Positions 1 through 9,692 of a stretch of DNA of 64,000 nucleotides are shown here, in pieces (within the stretch, counting starts at the first letter, position 1; every line of letters begins with the position of its first letter). This stretch comes from an uncultured virus (IMG/VR IMGVR_UViG_3300025141_016052) (Duplodnaviria; Heunggongvirae; Uroviricota; Caudoviricetes). The stretch lies in the IMG/VR virus record IMGVR_UViG_3300025141_016052; one strand, given 5' to 3'. A program made the position numbers and the translations under genes. The notes beneath the pieces were generated by a model. That model was not told the origin of the DNA. It saw only the letters and a program-made list of their open reading frames with translations, and did not search any database.

Positions 1-1
1 T

Positions 2-265
2 ACTGTAGGATTTCACAAATCAGCTGCAGGATCTATGTACATTGGGACCACACCGATTGAGTCAATTACTAACTTTAGTGCAGCAGATGCTACTCCAGTT
101 GCATTTGATTTTACTGTAACAGGATCAGCAGCACCTACAGCTAGATTCAATGCCGGCGACATTGTTGGAATCTCAATAAATCCAACAAATCCACCAGATG
201 ACTGCAATGTAACAGTTATTTGGGAGCTGATGACACATAGAATTACTTCTGGATCTGCTATCTAA
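2..265 (+). CDS. 3' end of a putative virion/tail-associated protein, truncated by the window edge
   Basis: The frame is open from base 2 (TVGFHKSAAGSMYIGTTPIES...FNAGDIVGISINP...VTVIWEL). It resembles the C-terminal half of 51486-52094 (TIAFHK...FSAGDTVAVSIDP...MTCVWEY). Confidence 0.6.
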   Translation, partial: TVGFHKSAAGSMYIGTTPIESITNFSAADATPVAFDFTVTGSAAPTARFNAGDIVGISINPTNPPDDCNVTVIWELMTHRITSGSAI

Positions 266-363
266 ATTAAAATTGTACATTTTAATAAAATATCTCTATA
301 TTAAAGAATAGATCTAATTAATCAGCTTCTTCTATTCTAGATTATATTAATTGGATAAATTGA

Positions 364-387
364 GTAGAATATCTTTATAAATTCTAC
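364..387 (+). promoter_or_regulatory. Inverted repeat next to the RBS of the first island gene
   Basis: GTAGAAT-N10-ATTCTAC lies immediately before GGAGA (389-393) and ATG 398, in an AT-rich intergenic gap. Confidence 0.4.
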
Positions 388-397
388 CGGAGAATAG

Positions 398-2326
398 ATG
401 ATATCATTTAATAATGATCTCTTTTCGTCTAAAAAAGAAATAGAGATCCCAGCTAATTGTGAAATTATTTTCGTTTCAGATATGTTTAGTTCAGACTACG
501 TAGGTGGTGCTGAAATGACTACTGATGCACTTATTGATAGTTCGCCATTTAATGTTCTGAGGCTTCATTCTAAAGATGTCGACCTAAGCATCCTTGAAAA
601 AGGTATTTCAAAATATTGGATATTTGGTAATTTCTCTCAATTAGATATGAATCTAATACCTAGCATAGTTTCAAATATGAAATATTCTATTTTAGAATAT
701 GACTATAAGTACTGTAGATATAGATCACCAGAGAAGCATCTATTTTCAGAAAATTCTCCATGCGACTGTCATAATCAGATCCATGGAAAGATTATATCTG
801 CATTTTTCCATGGATCAAAGTCTCTGTGGTGGATGTCAGAATCTCAAATGGAGAAGTATCATACTGTTTTTCCATTTTTAGAAGAAGGAGATAATACTGT
901 TCTATCATCTGTATTTGATGATAACTTCTTTGCATACATTAAGGCATTAAGACATAAGTACAAAGATAAAGAAAAGAAGGGATGGGTGGTACTAGGATCA
1001 AATTCATGGGTCAAAGGTGCAGAATCTGCAGAGATGTGGTGCAAGAATAATAATAAAGAGTATGAGGTTGTCTGGAATCTTTCGTACGATCAGGTTCTTG
1101 ACAAGCTAGCACAATCAGAAGGATTCGTGTATCTTCCGCTCGGTTCAGATACGTGTCCAAGAATGGTGATTGAAGCAAAGCTTCTCGGATGCAAGCTAAA
1201 GTTGAATGATTTTGTTCAGCACAAGGATGAAATTTGGTTTGACACAGATGATATGTTTGACACAGAAGCATACCTCTACGCAGCAAGAGAAAGATTCTGG
1301 AATGGAATAAAGTATAGCATGGGGTTTAATCCTACTGTTAGTGGATATACTACTACAAAAGATTGCATATCTCAAAGCTATCCCTTTATTGAATCAATTT
1401 CTTCAATGCTGGGATTCTGTGATCAGGTTGTCGTCGTCGACGGTGGATCTACAGACGGAACATGGGAAAAGCTAAAAGAAATTTCAAAGAACAATGACAG
1501 GCTTATAGTTCATAGGCAGGATAGAGACTGGAATAGTAAAAGATCTGCCGTGTTTGATGGACAGCAAAAGGCACTTGCAAGATCACTATGCAGTTCAGAT
1601 TTTTGCTGGCAACAGGATGTAGATGAAGTCGTTCATGAGCTTGACTACCCTAAGATTAAAAATATTATAAGTCAACTTCCAAAGGGTGTAGAGCTAATTG
1701 CACTACCAGTTATTGAATACTGGGGAGGTCCAGATAAAGTTAGAATGGATATTAATCCCTGGAAATGGAGATTGTCAAGAAATCTTCCGCATATCACTCA
1801 CGGAATTCCAGCAAGTCTAAGAAGGTTTGATGAAAGCGGAGATATGTTTTCCGCACCGGGAAGTGATGGTTGTGACTACATTAGGAGTGACACATTTGTT
1901 CCAATACAGTTTGTAACTTTTTATACAAGAGATATAGATGAACTAAAGAGATCTGCGACTTCAAATGAAGACGCCTTGGAAAAATATCAAAAATGGTTTG
2001 ATGAAGTTATAGAAAGACTACCATCAGTTCATCACTATTCCTGGTTCGATATTGAGAGAAAAATAAAAACATACTCAGGATTCTGGTCTAGGCATTGGCA
2101 AAGTCTATACAACATAGAGCAACAAGACACGTCTGAGAATAATATGTTTTTTGACAAATCATGGGCAGAAGTTACAGATAGTGACATATCAGATCTTGCA
2201 AAAAGACTAAAGAATGAAATGGGCGGGTGGATATTTCATGAAAAGATTGACTTTTCTAAACCAACACCCCATATTTCAATAAGCATTAATCATCCTGAAA
2301 CAATAAAAGAGTGGATTGAAAATTGA
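398..2326 (+). CDS. Bifunctional glycosyltransferase (N-terminal GT-B/GT4-like plus C-terminal GT-A/GT2-like)
   Basis: The N-terminal half has GGAE and DTCPRMVIEA (GT4-type D/E-x7-E). The C-terminal half has VVVVDGGSTDGT and QDVDE (DxD). Confidence 0.75.
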   Translation: MISFNNDLFSSKKEIEIPANCEIIFVSDMFSSDYVGGAEMTTDALIDSSPFNVLRLHSKDVDLSILEKGISKYWIFGNFSQLDMNLIPSIVSNMKYSILEYDYKYCRYRSPEKHLFSENSPCDCHNQIHGKIISAFFHGSKSLWWMSESQMEKYHTVFPFLEEGDNTVLSSVFDDNFFAYIKALRHKYKDKEKKGWVVLGSNSWVKGAESAEMWCKNNNKEYEVVWNLSYDQVLDKLAQSEGFVYLPLGSDTCPRMVIEAKLLGCKLKLNDFVQHKDEIWFDTDDMFDTEAYLYAARERFWNGIKYSMGFNPTVSGYTTTKDCISQSYPFIESISSMLGFCDQVVVVDGGSTDGTWEKLKEISKNNDRLIVHRQDRDWNSKRSAVFDGQQKALARSLCSSDFCWQQDVDEVVHELDYPKIKNIISQLPKGVELIALPVIEYWGGPDKVRMDINPWKWRLSRNLPHITHGIPASLRRFDESGDMFSAPGSDGCDYIRSDTFVPIQFVTFYTRDIDELKRSATSNEDALEKYQKWFDEVIERLPSVHHYSWFDIERKIKTYSGFWSRHWQSLYNIEQQDTSENNMFFDKSWAEVTDSDISDLAKRLKNEMGGWIFHEKIDFSKPTPHISISINHPETIKEWIEN

Positions 2327-3027
2327 AAGTTGTATTTATATCACCGTGCTTTAATGCATCGAGAAACCTTAGAGATCTAATAGATTCCACAAAAAATCAA
2401 AAAGATGACAGGTGGTCTCACATCTTTATTGATGATCTATCAGTAGACGATACAGTGAGCGAGTTTAATAAAATAGTAAATAATGATGAGAGATTTTCAA
2501 TAATAAAGAATAGTGAAAAAAAATATGCTTTAAGAAATATTGTAGAAGTTGCAAGAGAATATCAGGATCAAGATGATGTAATAATTGCTGTTATCGATGG
2601 AGATGATCAGCTTTGTAATGAAAATACTGTATCCTTGCTTATAGATGAATATAAAAGAGGATCAGATGTAGTCTGGACTGCACACAGATGGGATATTAAC
2701 GGAATAAATATATCAAGATCAATGCCTGAGAATGTTGATCCATACGGATGGCCCTGGTGCTCTTCGCACTTAAGGACATTTAGATCTTCTCTTTTGTCAC
2801 AAATTTCTGATAAGAACTTTAAAGACCCGTGGGGAAATTGGTTTCAAAGAGGATATGATCAGGCTTTAATGCTGCCTGTTTTAAAGCTAACAAATAAGAG
2901 AAAGTATATTGATGAAATATGCTATCTATATAATATAAAATCTGTATCTGTTAATGATAGAGACTGGGCTGAAATGAAACAGCTATCTACAATAAATCTT
3001 GTTAGATCTAGAGGTTTTTTGGATTGA
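2323..3027 (+). CDS. GT2 glycosyltransferase
   Basis: ISPCFN, IDDLSVDDT and IDGDD motifs; TTG start overlapping the upstream TGA. Confidence 0.85.
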   Translation: MKVVFISPCFNASRNLRDLIDSTKNQKDDRWSHIFIDDLSVDDTVSEFNKIVNNDERFSIIKNSEKKYALRNIVEVAREYQDQDDVIIAVIDGDDQLCNENTVSLLIDEYKRGSDVVWTAHRWDINGINISRSMPENVDPYGWPWCSSHLRTFRSSLLSQISDKNFKDPWGNWFQRGYDQALMLPVLKLTNKRKYIDEICYLYNIKSVSVNDRDWAEMKQLSTINLVRSRGFLD

Positions 3028-3938
3028 ATATTTTATTTGATAATGTCAACTTTAATTCAACAAGCGGACCAAACTCATTTGCAACAAGACTTTCAGAAGA
3101 ACTAACAAGAAGGTCTAATAATGTTTTTGGTATATCAGATGTTTCTTCTAAAAATATGCCAGATATTCAACTATCATTTATTATGTCACAAAATAAGATT
3201 GCACCGCTTGTTCAAAGGCTCGATGGAATATATTTTAACATTGAGCAGGATTATAGTGATCTTAACAAACCAATACAGGAAACATATGAAAATTCTGAAG
3301 CAGTTATATTTCAAACAGATTTCAATAAGACTTTAACTGAGAAATATTTTGGAAATCACTGGAAATCCTATGTGATAAGAAATGGAACAGATGTTGATAT
3401 GATTAATTCAATATCACCAATCGATAATCAATTATTAGATAAATTTGATAAAATATGGTGCTGCGCTTCATCCTGGAGACCTCATAAAAGATTGTCGGAG
3501 AATGTTAGATATTTTCTTGAATCAGCTTCAGATACACATTGCCTCATTATCCTTGGTTCTAATCCTGACTTTAAGATAAAACATCCCAGGGTATTCTACG
3601 GAGGCCACTTAGAATGGAATGAATTGATATCTGTGTACAAGCGGGCAGAATACTTTATACACCTGTCATGGCTTGATCATTGCCCAAATGTTGTTGCTGA
3701 TGCAAGAGCATCAGGATGTAAAATCATATGCTCTTCATCCGGAGGAACAAGAGAAATTGCAGGAAAAGATGCAATTATAATAGATGAAGAGAGGTGGGAT
3801 TTTTCACCAATAAAGCTCTATAGACCCCCTAAGATGGACTTTTCTAATAAGATTAAAAATAATTATGATATTGATATTTCAATAAGGAGGGCAGCAGATC
3901 AGTACATGGAAGTGTTTAAAGAGGTTTTAAATCAATGA
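3024..3938 (+). CDS. GT4-like (GT-B) glycosyltransferase
   Basis: IRNG, WRPHKR and DHCPNVVADARASG...SSSGG motifs. Confidence 0.8.
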   Translation: MNILFDNVNFNSTSGPNSFATRLSEELTRRSNNVFGISDVSSKNMPDIQLSFIMSQNKIAPLVQRLDGIYFNIEQDYSDLNKPIQETYENSEAVIFQTDFNKTLTEKYFGNHWKSYVIRNGTDVDMINSISPIDNQLLDKFDKIWCCASSWRPHKRLSENVRYFLESASDTHCLIILGSNPDFKIKHPRVFYGGHLEWNELISVYKRAEYFIHLSWLDHCPNVVADARASGCKIICSSSGGTREIAGKDAIIIDEERWDFSPIKLYRPPKMDFSNKIKNNYDIDISIRRAADQYMEVFKEVLNQ

Positions 3939-4876
3939 ATATATTTTGCCACGTTCCAAAAGAAAACTGGATATGTGACAGAATTGGGAACGAATACTTA
4001 TCCCACTCATCACATAATGTGTCCTGCAAAGAGCTAAACAAAGATACAGAAATTATCTGGCTATTGGGCTCTTGGTGCTGGAATCAAATACACCCACAAG
4101 CACTTTTATCAAAAAAGGTTGTATGCACAATTCACCATGAAGTTCCTGAAAAATTTGATCAAACTAGACTAAATAATTTTAAAAATAGAGATAGATTTGT
4201 TGATGTATATCACGTCCCATGTAAAAAGACGCATGATTTCATTAAGAGATTTACAGAAAAACCTATTAAAATATTAAGCTACTGGGTTAACCCAGACCTC
4301 TGGATGTGTAGAGATCTAAAGGAGATGAAGGAGAAATACGAAATTTCACATGATAAGTTTGTTGTAGGCTCATTTCAAAGAGACACAGAGGGTCATGATC
4401 TTAAGTCGCCAAAGCTAGAAAAGGGACCAGATAGATTTTGTGACTATGTTGAGAAATTATCATCAGAAGGAAAGAATGTTCATGTATTGTTAAACGGCTG
4501 GAGGAGGCAATACGTGATCAACAGGCTCAGTAGCAAGAAAATTCCATACACATATATTGAATTGCCTCCAATCAAAACTGTTTCAGAAATGTACTCAGCA
4601 TGTGACCTGTACGTAGTTGGATCAAGATACGAAGGCGGACCACAATCTATCTTAGAGTGTGCGATATCAAAGGTCCCAATTGTTTCAACAGATGTAGGAA
4701 TTGCTTCAAACATTCTTCCAAAAAGCTGTATAATTGATATGGACAGTGAATATACGACATATATTCCAACACAGGATGATATAGATGTGTGCTTTATCAA
4801 TGCTCAGAGATTTTTACTATCTGATTACGCTAAGCTATATGACAGCTTTTTTGAAGAAGTCTTGGAAATAAAATGA
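3935..4876 (+). CDS. GT4 glycosyltransferase
   Basis: KGPD and SRYEGGPQSILECA...PIVSTDVG (E-x7-E motif). Confidence 0.85.
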   Translation: MNIFCHVPKENWICDRIGNEYLSHSSHNVSCKELNKDTEIIWLLGSWCWNQIHPQALLSKKVVCTIHHEVPEKFDQTRLNNFKNRDRFVDVYHVPCKKTHDFIKRFTEKPIKILSYWVNPDLWMCRDLKEMKEKYEISHDKFVVGSFQRDTEGHDLKSPKLEKGPDRFCDYVEKLSSEGKNVHVLLNGWRRQYVINRLSSKKIPYTYIELPPIKTVSEMYSACDLYVVGSRYEGGPQSILECAISKVPIVSTDVGIASNILPKSCIIDMDSEYTTYIPTQDDIDVCFINAQRFLLSDYAKLYDSFFEEVLEIK

Positions 4877-5919
4877 AAATATTAATTACTGGAGGCGCAG
4901 GGTTTGTTGGTGGAAATCTAGCAGTTAAATTTTCAAAAAGAGGAGACGAAGTCGTCTGTATTGACAATTTGGCAAGACGAGGAAGTGAAAATAATCTATC
5001 AAGACTTTCAAAAGCAGGTGTTAGATTTATTCATGCAGACATTAGAAATAATGAAGACTTAGATTCTATAAAATTTAATCCCGACGTTGTGCTAGAGTGT
5101 TCTGCTCAGACCACAGCTGTAGATGGATATAATAATCCAATGTACGACTTTACAAATAATACATCTGGTCTAGTTAACGTTCTAGAGTTTTGTAGAAAAA
5201 GATCTTCTGGTATTATTTTCTGGAGTACAAACAAGGTTTATAATGGAAACTTATGTAACCTGCCTCCTGTTATTGAGAAAGATACAAGATTTGAATGGGC
5301 CAATCCTAACTTTATCTTAAATGGCTGGTCAATGAATGGATTTAATGAAAATTTAAGCATTGATGGAGGAAATCATACAATTTATGGAGTTAGCAAACTT
5401 TCTGCAGATCTATTTTGTCAAGAATGGTCCTCAGCATTTGATATTCCAGTTACTATAAATAGATTTAGCTGTCTATATGGCCCGCATCAGTTTGGAATGG
5501 TATCACAAGGATGGATTGTCTGGTTTGTTCTAGCAAAGCTTTTAGGAAAGCAACTTACATTTTATGGATTTAATGGAAAGCAGGTTAGAGATTACCTTCA
5601 CATAGATGATCTATTTGATCTTATATCTCTTCAAATACACAGTCTACAAAGTAAAAAATGCTCAGTGTACAACGTCGGCGGCGGCTGTAAAAATACTGTC
5701 TCTGTTCTAGAGCTTAGTCAAAAATTAGACAAAATGCTAGGTATAGACTCAACCATAAGTCATGAAAAACCTAGAAGAGAAGATCAAAAGATTTTTATTA
5801 GTGATATATCAAAGGTCTCAAAAGAGCATGCCTGGAGTCCAAAAATATCACTAGATGACGGTCTGAGTGACGTAATAGACTGGTTGAAATCTAATGATTT
5901 ATCATGGTTAAAGCTGTGA
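4873..5919 (+). CDS. NAD-dependent nucleotide-sugar epimerase (extended SDR, CDP-paratose 2-epimerase/RfbE-like)
   Basis: ITGGAGFVG, STNKVY, YGVSK, SCLYGPHQFG...QGW and GKQVRD, a pattern typical of the CDP-tyvelose epimerase subfamily. Confidence 0.8.
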   Translation: MKILITGGAGFVGGNLAVKFSKRGDEVVCIDNLARRGSENNLSRLSKAGVRFIHADIRNNEDLDSIKFNPDVVLECSAQTTAVDGYNNPMYDFTNNTSGLVNVLEFCRKRSSGIIFWSTNKVYNGNLCNLPPVIEKDTRFEWANPNFILNGWSMNGFNENLSIDGGNHTIYGVSKLSADLFCQEWSSAFDIPVTINRFSCLYGPHQFGMVSQGWIVWFVLAKLLGKQLTFYGFNGKQVRDYLHIDDLFDLISLQIHSLQSKKCSVYNVGGGCKNTVSVLELSQKLDKMLGIDSTISHEKPRREDQKIFISDISKVSKEHAWSPKISLDDGLSDVIDWLKSNDLSWLKL

Positions 5920-6818
5920 AGATTTTATTGAATAGGAGCCCTATTGAAGGACCCTGGGGCGGAGGCAATCTTCTAGTTAGTGCAGCTTGTAAGTATTTTA
6001 GAGAAGCTGGGCACGAAGTTGTGCACAAATTTGAACCAGATATAGATGTCATCTTTATGCAAGACCCCAGGCCTGGAAATACAGGAATATCAATAAATCA
6101 CATAGCTTCTTGGAAAATTAAAAATCCAAAAGTTAAAATAATACACAGAGTAAATGAGTGTGATGCTAGAAAAGGAACTAAGAATTTAGATAATTTTTTA
6201 AACGAGTGCAGCAACTTTACAGATCATACTGTGTTTGTATCTGAATGGATGAGACAGTATCATATATCAAAGATGTGGAGCTGCAAGAGCACAAGTGTAA
6301 TTTATAATGGTGTAAATCATGACCACTTTAGAAAAAGAGAGAGTATTGATAATGGAAAGATTAATATAGTTACACATCACTGGTCTAATAATAGGATGAA
6401 AGGCTTCGACATCTACGAGTCTATAGACAAATTTATAAAAGGCACAGAGTTTACATTTACATATATTGGAAGAGAGCTTGGGACATTTAAAAATACCAGA
6501 GTCATAGGGCCATTATTTGGAATGCAACTAGGAGAAGAGCTTTCAAAATATGACATATACATCAGCGGATCTCTTTGGGATCCTGGTCCAAATCACATTT
6601 TAGAAAGTATTGCATGTAAAATACCCACATATGTCTCAAAAGACGGAGGAGGTTCAGTTGAATTTGCTGGAAAAGATCATACGTTTAAGGATTTCGATGA
6701 ATTATTGGGAATTATTAGATCAAAGCGCTATGTCAATAATAGCCTATCAGTTAATTCTTGGAGAGAATGTACAGATCAATATCTCGATGTTATAAAGTCA
6801 CTATCTGAACAAGGATAA
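5916..6818 (+). CDS. GT4-like glycosyltransferase
   Basis: GPWGGG, VFVSEW, IYNGV, KG and DPGPNHILESIA. Probable GTG start at 5916 overlapping the upstream TGA (the ORF track starts at 5904). Confidence 0.8.
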   Translation: MKILLNRSPIEGPWGGGNLLVSAACKYFREAGHEVVHKFEPDIDVIFMQDPRPGNTGISINHIASWKIKNPKVKIIHRVNECDARKGTKNLDNFLNECSNFTDHTVFVSEWMRQYHISKMWSCKSTSVIYNGVNHDHFRKRESIDNGKINIVTHHWSNNRMKGFDIYESIDKFIKGTEFTFTYIGRELGTFKNTRVIGPLFGMQLGEELSKYDIYISGSLWDPGPNHILESIACKIPTYVSKDGGGSVEFAGKDHTFKDFDELLGIIRSKRYVNNSLSVNSWRECTDQYLDVIKSLSEQG

Positions 6819-6822
6819 ATAA

Positions 6823-7566
6823 ATGATACTATTGTTGACAATGGCAGGAAAATATAGTAGATTTAGAGAATTTAGCTATGAAATACCAAAGTACTTTTTG
6901 CCACTTTCAAATAGAACTGTAATCCACTATGTTCTTGATACACTGCTTGAGTCAGGCAAGTTTGACGATGTTATTCTTGCTGCAAATATACGAGATGAAA
7001 GGTTTAGACCCCAGTTGATTAGCACACTTTCTGAGTTCGGTCTAGGTGTAGATAATATAAAGTTTATTGAAGACACGCCTGGGCAGTCTATTACAGCACT
7101 TGAAGCCCTAAGTAACCTAAGCGACAACCCAGTTGCAATTCATAATATTGACACCATACTATTAGGGAGAGACTATACTAAAGTTCAGAAAAGCATCTAT
7201 CAGTATGACTGCATTCTAGATGCTTTTCATGCAAATAATTCATCATACAGCTATATTCTCGAGGGAGAAAGAAGTAGTGTGAGTGCAATTGTTGAAAAGG
7301 AAGTTGTTTCAAACATAGCGTCATCAGGGTGTTATTTCTTTAATAGTTTAAAAAAGTTTTGCGATTATTCTAAGATTGCAGCAAATGATAGACAGTATTA
7401 TATCAGTGCAGCAATTACAAAAATGATAGAAGCTGGCCTTTCTGTCAAAAAGACAAAAACGCACAGTGAAGATAGCACGGTGGTCCTTGGAACGCCGAGT
7501 GAATATATAACGTCAATTGGAACTTTTGACCTACTGTATAATCACTATCGGAGAAGTAACAAGTGA
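6823..7566 (+). CDS. Sugar nucleotidyltransferase (NTP-transferase, BcbE-like)
   Basis: TMAGKYSRF...PK signature, TPGQ, HNIDT, EK...SNIASSGCYFF, LGTP. Confidence 0.8.
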   Translation: MILLLTMAGKYSRFREFSYEIPKYFLPLSNRTVIHYVLDTLLESGKFDDVILAANIRDERFRPQLISTLSEFGLGVDNIKFIEDTPGQSITALEALSNLSDNPVAIHNIDTILLGRDYTKVQKSIYQYDCILDAFHANNSSYSYILEGERSSVSAIVEKEVVSNIASSGCYFFNSLKKFCDYSKIAANDRQYYISAAITKMIEAGLSVKKTKTHSEDSTVVLGTPSEYITSIGTFDLLYNHYRRSNK

Positions 7567-8546
7567 TAGAGTATAAGAGATCTCTCTTAAAGGGTGGATC
7601 ACTAGCTGGTACATACCTAATTGAATCTGATTGTGGAAAATTTGTTAGAAAGCAAATTAGTAGAAGTAGTGAGAGAGAGTACGGATTTCAAAGATGGTAC
7701 TCTCAACTAAAAAGACTTCAGAGGTATGAAATTTTATTTCCTGAACTATTTTGCAGAGTTAAAAGATACGGTCTTGAGAACGAGCTTGCCTACTTTGACT
7801 TAGAGTTCTATGAAGGTGCTTTTAATTGTCAAGAATACCTTATGACATGTACTGATGATAAGGAAATAGAGCTAATATTTAATCTGATCATAGATGGTAT
7901 GAAAATGCTTCACAGTGTCAATATACCGTCTTGCAAAGAGTCAATATCACTATACATAGAAGAAGAAGTTTCTCAAAAAATATCTGACTGCCTTCATGAT
8001 GATGAGTTTTTAAAATTTTATAATCTTGATCATATAACATTTAAAGGTGAAAAAATACCATCATTTAGATCGATGTATAGAGATTATAGATCTACATCTA
8101 TTGACCTATATACAGCACCCATAGAGTCATACACCCATGGAAATATCACACTAGAAAATATCTTATATCTCAAGGATAAAAAAAGTGTGATATTCATTGA
8201 CCCATATGAAGAAAACATTATAGACAACCTCTATAATGAATACTCACAAATACTTCAGTCTTGTAATAGCCACTATGAAATATACAACAATGCTAATATT
8301 AATAAAGATGAGATTGAAAATGTAGATATTAAAGTTCCGTATGGTATTAAAAAATTTGATAAACTCTTTAAAGGATTTATGAAAAATAACCTCAGTGATC
8401 AAGAAATTAAAATAGTCAGATCATTTGAGATATCACAGTTTATTAGAATGCTTCCATTTAAAATGAAAGTTGATAAAGAAAAGTCATTTTTATTCTACTG
8501 TCTCGCATCTTATCTGACTAATAGATTTTTGGAGAATGATGAATGA
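7563..8546 (+). CDS. APH/choline-kinase-fold phosphotransferase with a variant catalytic loop
   Basis: Gly-rich GGSLAG, VRK, and HGNITLENIL followed by FIDP (Brenner-type motif with D changed to N). Confidence 0.65.
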   Translation: MIEYKRSLLKGGSLAGTYLIESDCGKFVRKQISRSSEREYGFQRWYSQLKRLQRYEILFPELFCRVKRYGLENELAYFDLEFYEGAFNCQEYLMTCTDDKEIELIFNLIIDGMKMLHSVNIPSCKESISLYIEEEVSQKISDCLHDDEFLKFYNLDHITFKGEKIPSFRSMYRDYRSTSIDLYTAPIESYTHGNITLENILYLKDKKSVIFIDPYEENIIDNLYNEYSQILQSCNSHYEIYNNANINKDEIENVDIKVPYGIKKFDKLFKGFMKNNLSDQEIKIVRSFEISQFIRMLPFKMKVDKEKSFLFYCLASYLTNRFLENDE

Positions 8547-9685
8547 GTATTTGTGATGAATGGACAGTAGCATCTAACCTTCCAGTAGAGTTTAAAGTAA
8601 AGATAGTAAATAATATCCTAGACCCTACAAGTAGTCATCTATTAGAATATGGAGATAGAAATCCAGGAGCAAGAAGGCTTATTCTTGTAGATAGTTGTGC
8701 GTTTCTAGGAAGAGAGAGTCAAATAAGATCTTACTTTGATCATCACGAAATTTTAACAAAGATAGTCTCAATTGATGTTTCTGAGGAAAAGAAAAATTTA
8801 GACAATCTTATGTTTATACTTTCTGCTATGGAGAATTTTGGAATATTGCGTAGAAGTGAGCCTCTAATTTGCATAGGCGGTGGTGTTCTACTGGATATGG
8901 CGGGACTTGCTGCAAATCTATATAGGAGAGGTGTTCCATATATAAAGGTTCCAACAACCTTGCTTGCAATAGTCGACGCCAGCGTGGGAGTAAAGACGTC
9001 AATAAATAATTTTTCTAGAAGAAATAGACTAGGATCATATTATCCACCTGTGGCTTCATATCTTGATAAAACATTTCTAACAACCCTAGATGATAAAGAA
9101 ATTATATCAGCAATGGGTGAAATTTTAAAGATGGCTGTTATTAAAAATCATGAACTATTTACAGTTCTGGAGAATAATATTGAAGAGATACTGGGTCAGA
9201 AATTTTTAGTTGACGGAGCATCTGATAAAATCATATCAATATGCATAGATGACATGATTAAAGAGCTTCAGCCCAACCTGTGGGAAAAAAATCTTAGAAG
9301 GATTGTTGACTTTGGACACTCGTTTAGCCCTCTTTTAGAGATGAGATCACTGGCTGATAAAAATGTCAACAGTATGACACATGGAGGAGCAGTGGCTCTT
9401 GATGTTATATTTTCATCATGTCTATCAAGTCATAGAAATCTATTAGGTAGAGATCAAGTGATTAGGATCATTAACCTTGCAAAGAAGATGAAGCTTGATA
9501 CATTTCATGAATACTTTACAAATGAGCTAATGCTCTGGGAAGCATTAAACGACACAAAAAAGCATAGAAACGGATCCCAAAATCTTCCAACACCGGTCAG
9601 AATAGGTGAGTCAATATTTTTAAACGATGTTACATTTCAAGATGTCAAGTCTACCATTAAGCTCTATAATAGTATTACAAGATAG
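8543..9685 (+). CDS. Sedoheptulose-7-phosphate cyclase, 2-epi-5-epi-valiolone synthase (EEVS)-like
   Basis: DHQS-superfamily motifs IGGGVLLD, YRRGVP, PTTLLAIVDASVGVK and GEILK. EEVS-type motifs MIKELQPNLWE, RRIVDFGH and KKHRNG. Confidence 0.85.
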   Translation: MSICDEWTVASNLPVEFKVKIVNNILDPTSSHLLEYGDRNPGARRLILVDSCAFLGRESQIRSYFDHHEILTKIVSIDVSEEKKNLDNLMFILSAMENFGILRRSEPLICIGGGVLLDMAGLAANLYRRGVPYIKVPTTLLAIVDASVGVKTSINNFSRRNRLGSYYPPVASYLDKTFLTTLDDKEIISAMGEILKMAVIKNHELFTVLENNIEEILGQKFLVDGASDKIISICIDDMIKELQPNLWEKNLRRIVDFGHSFSPLLEMRSLADKNVNSMTHGGAVALDVIFSSCLSSHRNLLGRDQVIRIINLAKKMKLDTFHEYFTNELMLWEALNDTKKHRNGSQNLPTPVRIGESIFLNDVTFQDVKSTIKLYNSITR

Positions 9686-9692
9686 GAATTAG

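Noticed and set aside
8543..9685. Mycosporine-like amino acid (MAA) sunscreen cluster
   Set aside because: It lacks the DDGS motifs, and there is no adjacent O-methyltransferase and no ATP-grasp ligase.
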